37,775 nucleotides of DNA, from NCBI RefSeq assembly GCF_004010195.1, contig NW_025215306.1, positions 42,199-79,973 on the forward strand. The letters run 5' to 3'. Position 1 is the first letter of the stretch; every line of letters begins with the position of its first letter. This DNA is from Chiloscyllium plagiosum (Eukaryota). Below are positions 10,935-19,680 of this stretch, one piece after another. The translations under genes were made by a program, and so were the position numbers. The notes under the pieces are model-generated. The model had not been told where the DNA came from, searched no databases, and saw only the letters and a program-made list of their open reading frames with translations.

Positions 10935-11175
10935 GGGGGGGGGGTGTAGTGAAGTGTAGGCCAGAACTGGTAAGGATGGCTGATGTTTCTTTCCTGAGGG
11001 ACATCTGTGAACTAAATGGTTTTCTGACAACTTACAATGGATTCATGGTTATAATTAATTTCTTAATTCCAGGTATTCATTGACTTCAAATTTTACTATC
11101 TACTGTAGTGGGGTTTGAACCTGGGTTTCCCCAGAACATTATCTGGGTCTCTGGATTAACAATCCAGTGATGCTG
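10935..11175 (-). mobile_element. tRNA-derived SINE fragment (same family as 3362-3703)
   Basis: Reverse complement of ctggattgttaatccagaga...ggttcaaacccc...catgaatccattgt. Confidence 0.6.
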
Positions 11176-12009
11176 GGCTATCATCAATCTCTCCTTTTTT
11201 ATAGTGCACATTCTCCAGTTACAATAACATCCTTAAATCTTTCCTCCACCCTCCAGTTTAACATGTGTCCCATAGAACGCATTCTGGAATTGTACACCAT
11301 ATTCCAGAAGTGGCCCCACCAATATCCCATACAGCAGTAACCTCTGACAATGCAGAAGTCAATCCTCTCTGCTCACTAAAACCAAACAGCCAGAAAAGCT
11401 CACATCCCTCCATTGTGAAATCTGAGTGGAAAAACTCTTGATTTCCACTTGGGGAAAAGAAGTTGTTTAACTATAACATTGAATGCTAAACAAACTATCA
11501 AATCTGCCCTTCTTTCTCTACTGTCTGACCCAACTTTACAGAAAGATGTTCCAATAGGGCCATTTTGTAAACATTAACTTTATCTCAAGTCCACACAGTC
11601 TCTCTCTGTCTTCCTTCTGGTCTTCTGATTCTGCTGTCTTCTTCCTGGGTCATATTACTTTAACTCCTTCTTAAAAGGAAAGCAGTTTTGATAGTGCATT
11701 CTGAGGTTTCTTTCTGAAGTGTTTATTTCTCCAGATGGCAGTTGCTCTGACCAACTTCAATGCCCTTGTATTCTATGTTCTCTGAACAACACCTCTCTGG
11801 TCCAATGTTTTCAATAAAATAGGTCCAGACTCAGTTGGGTTTTGGTATCCTGTGCACTAAAACTATCATCAATTAACAGCCAATTGTCACAAATCTATTT
11901 TGGATCCAGCTGTCTCTTGGCTGTACTTTAAAATTCAAATACTTTCCATCTTGTAGTTGTACACTTTTGTGACTGTAAACACATGGCATCCCAACTCTGA
12001 AGCAAGCAG

Positions 12010-15000
12010 GCCAAATGCTGCCTTCACCACCCTATCTACCTGTGGTGCCCCATTCTAGGAACTGTGCACCTGAACCTCCAGTTCTAGTTGGCAATACTTT
12101 CCCAGGGGCCTACTGTTAAATAGATGCTACCCTGATTTGCCTTGCCAAAATGCATACTTCATGTTCTAACTATTAAAATTCCATCTGCCACTTTTGTCCA
12201 TCTAATCAGTCCTGTAGTACTGACTGAACCTCTTCACTGACCATTAGCCCTATTTTAGTGTCATCCAACACTTTACCCACAACTGAAGTAAGGCTCACTA
12301 GTCTATAATTACCAAGTTGTCTCCACTCTCCTTTGCCAGGGGCAACATTTGCTATCCTCCAATCATCTGGCACTATTCCTGTAGACAATGACAAATCAAA
12401 GCCCAAGGCTTTGCAGTCTCTAACTTCCCAGAGAATCAGGATAAATCCATCCTGCCCAAGAAACTTATCTATTTTCACTCCAGAATTGCTAACATTTATG
12501 AACTTCAATCCTGTTTAGCCTAAGCCTGTATTTCAGTATTTGCCATGACAATGTTGTTTCTCTAGTGTGAAAATGACAGTTCATTTAATGCTTCCCCATC
12601 TCCTTGAACTCCACACACAACTTCCCACTACTGTCCTTGACTGGCCCTAATCATAGTCTAGTCATTCTTTTTTATTCCTGACATAGCTATAGAAAGATTG
12701 TAGGTTTTCCTTGATCCTACCTGCCAAAGACTTGTCCACTCCTGGCTTTCTTAGTGCTCGCTCTAGGTCTTTCCTGGCTAACCTGTAACTCGAGCACCCT
12801 AACTGTGCCTTCGTCTCTGCTTTACATAAGCCTGTTTCTGTCCCTTGACAAGAGATTCAATGTTAGTAAACCAGTCCCTCACTTGACCACTTCCTCCTTG
12901 TCTGACAGGTACATATTTATCAACTACCCAGTAGCTGTTCCTTGAATAGCCCCACATTTCAACTGTATCCATCCCTGCAGTTTCTGCCCCATCTGATGCA
13001 TCATATTGGCATTACATTTGCCTTCCCCAGGTATAATTTGTGCCCTGCAGAACATAACTATCCCTTTCGATCACTAGTAAATAAAACTGAATTGTGGTCA
13101 CTATCAAAGTGCTCAGCTACCTCCAAATCTAACACTTGGCCAGTTCATTGGATTTGGCACTAGGTAATGTGGCCTCAACACCTGTCCATTTCCTGTCAGG
13201 AAACCCTCCTGTGCACAAACTGGCCAATCTAGTATGAGTGTTTCAGTCAATATTTGTAAAGTTGAAGTCTCCCATGATTGCCCTGTTACTCTTGCTTGTA
13301 TCCAGAATCATTGTTGCATCTCCCAGGACTATTCAGAGGCCTATGGAAATCTCCCAACAGGGTGACCTCTTTCCTGTTTCTAACTTCAGCCCATACTACT
13401 CAGTAGAAAAGTCCTCCAATGTCCTTCCTGCCACTGTACTACTGCCAGTCACTGACCATGCCACACCTCCCCCTCTTACCACCTTTTCTGTTCTTATTGA
13501 AACATCTAAAATTCCAGAACCTGCACCAACCCTCTCTCCATGTCTCTAAAATGGTCACAACATCTTAGTCCCAGGTACCAACCCATGCTGCCAGGTCAAG
13601 ATGCTCCTGACATTGAAGTAGGCACAATTCAAACCACCTTCCACACTTCAAACACATTTACAGCCTCAACCTTATTTCTGACCTCACTACTGAACCTTCT
13701 GTACACTAGTGAGAATTCTGGTTTCTATCCTCTGCTGAATTAGTTTAAATCTTCCTGAGAAGCGTTAGCCAACTTCCCCTGATCAGGATATGGGTACCAC
13801 TGAGTCAGATCTCTACCATTCCACTTGTAGAGGCTCCACCTACCCTGAATGAGCCCAGTATTCAAGTATCTGGAACCCTCTGGCACTATGCCTGTAGCCA
13901 TTTGTTCAACTCTTTCCCCCTATTCCCCTCACTAGAACATGGCACAGTTAACAACCAGAGAACTTTGTAACTAAGCTTTCACCCTAGCTTCCCAAATTTG
14001 TCTTGCATCCACATTCCCTTCCTGCCTTTTCCTATGTGGAACACAACTTGGGGCTGCTCCCCTCCCTTAAGGATCCTGAAAATCTGATCAGATGTCAGAC
14101 CCTGACACCTGGGAGGCAACACCCCAACCCTGGGTGTCTCATTCCCACAGAATCTCTCATCTGTCCCCCTAACTAGTCCCCAATGACTAATGTTCTCCTC
14201 TCCCATTCTGAGAAACAGGGACAGACTGTCAGAGACCTGTACTCCATGGCTTACCCCAGTAAGTCTCCACCCCCCCATCAAACAGTATTCAAAACCATTC
14301 CATTTCTGAGGAGAATGGCCACAGGGATCCCTGCACTCTATCTGTTTTTCCATCCCCTCACTAACCCATCTACCATTTCCTGTATCTGAGGTGTGAGTAT
14401 CTCTTGTAACTCGTCTCAATTACCCCCTTAGCCTCCTGAATGATCTGAAGTTTGTCAAGCTCCAGTTCTCTGGTTGCAGAGGAGCTGGGTGCACTTGCTG
14501 CAGATGAAGTCAGTGGGGGCACTGGTAACCCTTGCCTCTCCCCTCCTATAGGAGCATTCACTGCTTGAAATCTATTCCCAAAGTGATTTTTAAAAAAAGA
14601 AAAAATGGCTGGTAACCTTACCAATCCAGTACATGAACATTTTTTGATTGGAGGATGGTTGGGAGACACCACCTAAGTGTTTCAGGTAAAGCAACCACAC
14701 ATTATACTCAACAGTTCTGTCTGCTTCTCCTCCTCTGAGGAGAGTTTACCTTCCGCGCAGCTGCCAATCCCCCTCCTCTGCTGCTGAGAAATGGAGGCTA
14801 CGGACCCTTGAGGTAAGCCTCCATCTGGCTCTATTTTGAAGTCAATTTGGCCTTGTATTATCTTTATTCCATGTAATCTAACCTTGCTAACAAGACTACC
14901 ACATGGAACCTTAGTAAAAGCTTACAATGGTAGACATCAACACACTTCAATCTTCAGTCTCTTGTCACCTCTTCAATAAAGTCAAGTTAGTGAGACAACT

Positions 15001-15090
15001 TTCCACACACCAGGCCATGCTGACCATCTCTAATAGTCTTTCCGTTCCAAATGCATGCAAATCTTGTCCCTCTGAATCCCCTCCAACAGT
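12010..15090 (-). mobile_element. Decayed, internally deleted CR1 LINE(s) in ZP intron 1
   Basis: TGIVPDDWRIANV, GNYRLVSLTSVVGKVL and DDTKIG (RT); endonuclease remnants at ~13100-13650; LVRGTDERFCG and QPQVVFHIG (ORF1 esterase) at ~13980-14200; a further RT piece at ~14830-15090. Confidence 0.8.
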
Positions 15091-15329
15091 TTTAGCCTCC
15101 CTCCAGCTCTGTTCTGATCCAGACTTTTCAGAAACTGAGGCTCAATGGAATGCAGTGACCTTCCCACCTTCAAACTATTTCCAATCAGTCCTGGTTTTAC
15201 CCAGCACTGCTTGGTGCAGGCCTCTGTACAATTTCCACAGACCAGTATGGTTTTCTCTGGGTGAGACCGCTACGGACTTCAATTCAGAATAAATATTTAT
15301 CACTTGTAATTTGTTGTATTTCACTGCAG

Positions 15330-15508
15330 TGTGCACAGCAGATGGCCAGTTCATTGTAGCGATCACCAGGAACCTGACCCGTCCTGCCCTCAACCTGTCA
15401 TCTCTGTACGTGAAAGATGGACATGAAGCTGAATGCAGGCCTAAGCTCATCACAGCGGAACTTGTAGCCTTCCGCTTCCCAATTACCTCTTGTGGCTCGA
15501 CCCAGCGG
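15330..15508 (+). CDS. zp4: ZP copy 1 exon 2: ZP-N, first part
   Basis: Acceptor tcactgcag, phase 1 matching exon 1. (V)CTADGQFIVAITRNLTRPALNLSSL...ECRP...FRFPITSCGSTQR. Donor CGG|GTGAGT, phase 0. Confidence 0.93.
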
Positions 15509-15583
15509 GTGAGTATTGGAGGCTCCAGCATTCTGTCCCTCTGAACGGGCCAGCTCCCTATTAAACAGTGTCTTCCCTTGCAG

Positions 15584-15721
15584 GAGGAGAATGGGAGCTT
15601 TGCAAGTACAAGGGGGAGCATGAGGCAGGCTTACAAATCAATGTCTCCGTTTACACCCTCCCTCCTCCACTAGCTGCTTCTGAAGATGGGATCCTGAGGC
15701 TGGAGCTGCGAATAGCAACAG
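15584..15721 (+). CDS. zp4: ZP copy 1 fused exon 3/4 remnant (end of ZP-N, linker/IHP), containing a frameshift
   Basis: Acceptor tcttcccttgcag gives EENG. LCKYKGEHEAGLQINVSVYTLPPPLAASEDGILRLELRIAT then reads in a different frame from 15598. Donor ACAG|GTAGT, phase 1. Confidence 0.82.
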
Positions 15722-15817
15722 GTAGTGCTGCCCTGGTAATAAGAGCACTGGGAATTGTATCCCTTCAGGGGAGTGACCGTTTTGGTTTGTTCTCCTTCTT
15801 TTATTTTTGTCTGTTAG

Positions 15818-16007
15818 ATGGCAGCTACAACTGGTGGTACAGGGACAGTGACTACCCCATTCAGAGAATCCTTCAGGAGTCGGTGTTTGTTGAGGTTCGT
15901 GTGAAGGATCGCACTGACCCAATGATAGTCCTGAGATTGCGTGACTGCTGGGCAACCCCTGTGCCAGCCCCTGACCATGAGGTGCAGTGGAGTCTCCTGG
16001 TGGATGG
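15818..16007 (+). CDS. zp4: ZP copy 1 exon 5: ZP-C
   Basis: Polypyrimidine tract plus ttag acceptor. DGSYNWWYRDSDYPIQRILQESVFVEVRVKDRTDPMIVLRLRDCWATP...QWSLLVDG. Donor GG|GTAAGG, phase 2. Confidence 0.95.
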
Positions 16008-16858
16008 GTAAGGACTCTGAATGGAGTGATATGTATTCTTGTAATTGTCACAGTAAAATGTGTATAACATCATGTACAGTGTCAATACTTTGTGCCTTTT
16101 CTTCCAATCATGGTTCACTTGTGAATTCCACTTATTTGATCTTCCTTCATGATCTTGGACTTGTCCTTGGTTAAGAATGTGCCTTAATGCTGCCAAGGCC
16201 TTTCCTCTTTGGAAGAGGATTGTAAGATTGACTGACGACAATCTCCTGCCCCACCTTGAATAGAAAACTCCTCATTGCACCCTCATAGGGACTCTCCAAC
16301 AACATCTCTTCAGCATCCACTTTGTGAAGTCTTCCATGATTTCCAGATCAAATCTATCTTCCCTCCACTGACAGAAGACCCTGCTGTTTCAACCTGATGG
16401 TCTGCTAACCAAACATCTATCTTGGTTAATGTTGTCCCAACACCACGAGCTGCCTGCTGTCACTGACACCTTGTCAAATTAGTTTCTTGAAATCTCTCTC
16501 CAAAACCACAGGTTTCCCATCAGTGCTATTTGATGTTTCCTCCAATGACCAATCCATTTTTCAGTTGTGGATTGCAACTAAGGACTCTAACTTTAGCTCT
16601 GTCAAAATGAGCTGAAAGATAACTGGCCTGTCATTTGAGCTTTTCAATATGCTTGGAATGTTCTAAAAGTCAATGACAAAGTAGATCTCAAGACCCTTAG
16701 ACCAAGTCCATTACTTCCTGGTGGAAGATGGGATTGTGATATGCTTGCCCCTCTTGGCACCCTCCTTGCAGTTGCTACCTGATTTTTTTTTTTATTATTT
16801 GCAATCTATTTCTGGTTTGGTTTGAGCTCTTGGTCACCTGAACTTCTTCTGTTTTCAG

Positions 16859-17006
16859 GTGTCCCTATGAAGGTGATGACTATCTGACCCTCCTACACCC
16901 AGTAGGTGTCTCTTCTGGCCTGCAGTTCCTAACCCATCACAAGCGGTTTGAAGTGAAGACATTTGTTTTCTTGGATGGAGTGTCTGAGCAGCCCCTCTCT
17001 GGACAG
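16859..17006 (+). CDS. zp4: ZP copy 1 exon 6: ZP-C
   Basis: Acceptor ttttcag. CPYEGDDYLT...FLTHHKRFEVKTFVFLD...LSGQ. Donor CAG|GTAACC, phase 0. Confidence 0.95.
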
Positions 17007-17120
17007 GTAACCAAATGGAAGGAATGAGGCCAAGCTCATGAAATCCTCTTGTCGTCTCTGTACTACAACCTGGGATATTGATCTCCAGGAAGCTCCCCTA
17101 AAGTCTCTCCTTCTTTCTAG

Positions 17121-17193
17121 GTTTACTTGCACTGCAGTGCTGAGGTTTGCTCTCCCTCTGCTCAGGATGACTGTACAACCAGATGTGGTCCAA
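17121..17193 (+). CDS. zp4: ZP copy 1 exon 7: end of ZP-C
   Basis: Acceptor ttctag. VYLHCSAEVCSPSAQDDCTTRCGP. Donor A|GTGAGT, phase 1. Confidence 0.95.
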
Positions 17194-17336
17194 GTGAGTT
17201 CCTTGATGCTCTCATTAAGCTGAGACCCACCCCTCATTCATGATCTGAACATCCCCTAAATGCAATTAACAAGGACACAGCATCCTGGCTGTAGTGTCAA
17301 CATGGATTCTAACCATCTCCTGTCCCCCTCCAACAG

Positions 17337-17447
17337 GGACACGCAGGAGTGCTCTCCTCCATGAGGGGACCTTGGTAAGTGCTCCTGGTCCAGTTGTTCT
17401 CCTGGAAGTTGAGAACAGCCAGTCTAAGCAGCTGCTTAATGAGAATG
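17337..17447 (+). CDS. zp4: ZP copy 1 exon 8: furin cleavage site and external hydrophobic patch
   Basis: Acceptor ccaacag. RTRRSALLHEGTLVSAPGPVVLLEVENSQSKQLLNEN. Donor G|GTAAGT, phase 1. Confidence 0.92.
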
Positions 17448-17520
17448 GTAAGTGATGTTCCTTGTTTAGTTCACCTGAGCATCTTTTCCAATGTCTGAAC
17501 CCCTTCCTTTTTCCCCATAG

Positions 17521-17660
17521 GTGCTGCTGGATCTCCTGTTCTGATTGGAGTAGCTGTTGGGTTTCTGGTGTTCCTGTTGATGCTGATGGTTGCAGTGTAC
17601 AGAATGAAGAACCCAGCCCAGTCTGTCCCCAGTGTCATGAGATTGGCCTGTAGACCCTGA
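17521..17660 (+). CDS. zp4: ZP copy 1 last exon: transmembrane helix and cytoplasmic tail
   Basis: Acceptor ccccatag. GAAGSPVLIGVAVGFLVFLLMLMVAVYRMKNPAQSVPSVMRLACRP, stop TGA at 17658-17660. Confidence 0.92.
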
Positions 17661-17665
17661 GTACA

Positions 17666-17671
17666 AATAAA
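17666..17671 (+). terminator. Polyadenylation signal AATAAA of ZP copy 1
   Basis: AATAAA lies 5 nt after the stop codon and is conserved in copy 2. Confidence 0.85.
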
Positions 17672-17772
17672 CCAGACAGAAACCTGTCCCTGGTGTCTGA
17701 AATGAAGCTGTGCAGTCTTGTTGGAAGTGAGTTTGAATTGTGGTTCAGTAATTGGGGAAGGGACAGCAATTA

Positions 17773-18070
17773 CAGGTGGCACAGTGGTTAGCACTGCTGC
17801 CTCACAGCGCCAGAGACCTGGGTTCAATTCCCGACTCAGTCGACTGACTGTGTAGTTTGCACATTCTCCCCGTGTCTGTGTGGGTTTCCTCCGGGTGCTC
17901 CGGTTTCTTCCCACAGTCCAAAGATGTGCTGGTCAGGTGAATTGGGCAATTTTGCATGGCCATAGTTAGGTATGGGGTAAGTGTCGGGGTATGGGTGGGT
18001 TGCGCTTTGGCAGGTCGGTGTGGACTTGTTGGGCTGAAGGGCCTGTTTCCACACTAAGTAATCTAATCTA
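17773..18070 (+). mobile_element. HE1-type V-SINE
   Basis: ggtggcacagtggttagcactgctgcctcacagcgcc, B box gggttcaattccc, V domain, tail gggcctgtttccacac-(taatc)n. Confidence 0.92.
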
Positions 18071-18717
18071 GTTGTCAGATCAAATGGTGAGTGGCTTGGA
18101 GTTACCCAACTGGAATTCCCAGCCTTGCCATGTTCTTGTAGCAACATGTTTGTGGTTTGTTCTGGTCAATGGTGATACCCTAGGGTGGCTGATATTGAGC
18201 AATAATGCTAGTACATGCTAAGCTGGCTCAATGTTCAAGGTTATTCCCCACTCGAGTGCTCCGCTCCCTCCCTTAGCCTGTTCTAACTTGCTGTCCAAAC
18301 CTGACTGAATTTTGAATATTTTCCTTCCTGGACCCTTATTTGTGGGTAAATGGGTGAGACCCTCCCTTGGGGCTTGTGAACTCTGCCTAGTATTTCTTCT
18401 CTCAATGGTCACATGACCATCCCAATATTGCCCACCCCCACTCCAGGACTTGGCTCTGAACACTTGGATGAATATACCTGGACTCTTCACTGACCCTCCA
18501 GTTGTGCCAATCTACACTGGCTAACTTCAATTGACAAACCCTCCATTTCATAACCACACTATTTACCCAATGCCCCCATACCAGCTAGAAAGCTGGCCAG
18601 CCTGCAGGTTCAGTTTTTGCTTAACATCACTGGCAGTGGTGCCAATTGTTTTGAATTCCACAATGGGTGTGCACTTGGTGGCTTTTATGAAGTTATTTGC
18701 CACTAACCATATTTCCT

Positions 18718-18804
18718 GAAGAAGGGCTTATGCCCAAAACATCAATTCTCCTGTTCCCTGGATGCTGCCTGACCTACTGCGCTTTTCCAGCAACACATTT
18801 CCAG
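18718..18804 (+). mobile_element. Short Penelope-type terminal-repeat insertion with a 17 bp flanking direct repeat
   Basis: CACTAACCATATTTCCT at 18701-18717 and 18805-18821. The insert resembles 9462-9545. Confidence 0.75.
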
Positions 18805-19680
18805 CACTAACCATATTTCCTCAAGTTAGTTTTTGTTAGTCCTGACTATCTAGAATCAGATGTCACTCCCTGAAGGATACCTAATTGGTCACTTCAGGAT
18901 CAAGGTCAGGGGAAATGGCTCACCACTTGGGTGGGGGACTAGAGAATTCTTTCTCAGCAGTTGAGACCAAAACATTGAGATGGTTCTCTGAAAGCTGAAG
19001 GGTAGAGGAAGAAAATGGGAACAGGATACCAAGTCATATGATCTGAGTCTGTCCCACTATCAAAGGCTAAATGGCCTCCTGTGCTTGTTTATTCTTGGGC
19101 TAATGTCTGTCCTGTTTTCATACACACCAAATTGACTCTGGCTTCACTTGTTTCATGCAGCTGTCCTTCAGGATAGCAATTCCTTTCCCAGTTGGTGAGG
19201 AAATGTCCTCCAAATGAAAATGAGGCACAGATACCTGAACTTGCTGAGGCTTTATTCAGATCTGGCCTTGTGGGGCTTGACTGGAATGGTATATTCTTGC
19301 CTTTGTTAATGCCCTGTCGTGCTCAATTTAAGTTGGTTCAGCAATCAGTACAGGGGTAGCCTCGTGATAAACCATAGACTGCACTCCAATCTGTTTCTGG
19401 ACCTAGTTATGGCATAGGCCAGGAACTGCATTCTCTCCTGATTGGTTAAATCCACATTGCCTTGTCTAGTCAGGAATGTGTATGGTCTCCTTTTTTTTGG
19501 AAGGTAGGAAAATGTTTGTGGCTTCATTTAACACTTCAATTTCCTTCTCGGCCTATTTGTCATACATCAAGCTGTGCTGCAGATGTCCTGCAGGAAGAAG
19601 CAACAGAATGATTGATTTAGTTTTACAACCTCCTATCCCTTGGAGACCAACAAGGTCTTTTCTTAGGATTATGAATCTCT

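Larger units (their letters stand above)
7395..17660 (+). pseudogene. zp4: Zona pellucida ZPB-class (ZP1/ZP4-like) gene, copy 1; probably frameshifted by an internal deletion
   Basis: Eight GT-AG exon blocks. Phases are compatible except at 15584-15597. Encodes signal peptide, trefoil, ZP-N, ZP-C with six Cys (DCWAT, CPY, HCS, VCS, DCT, RCG, the ZP1/2/4-type pattern), RTRR furin site, EHP and TM helix. ZP4 versus ZP1 orthology and pseudogene status are not proven. Confidence 0.7.

Noticed and set aside
9965..11083. 372 aa proline-rich ORF and overlapping X-filled ORFs
   Set aside because: Artefact of a poly(C) tract plus the 500-N gap.
11350..11990. Unassigned AT-rich intronic stretch, possibly an LTR or DNA transposon remnant
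   Set aside because: I could find no terminal repeats, ORF or recognisable motif to support a call.
15722..15817. Read-through coding sequence in ORF 15568-16011
   Set aside because: This is a 96 nt GT-AG intron with a polypyrimidine tract at a typical ZP1/ZP4 intron position; it is stop-free in frame, probably by chance.
17773..17840. tRNA genes at SINE heads (also 36644-36715 and 1870-1933)
   Set aside because: The A/B boxes belong to tRNA-derived SINEs and continue into the V domain; there is no complete cloverleaf.
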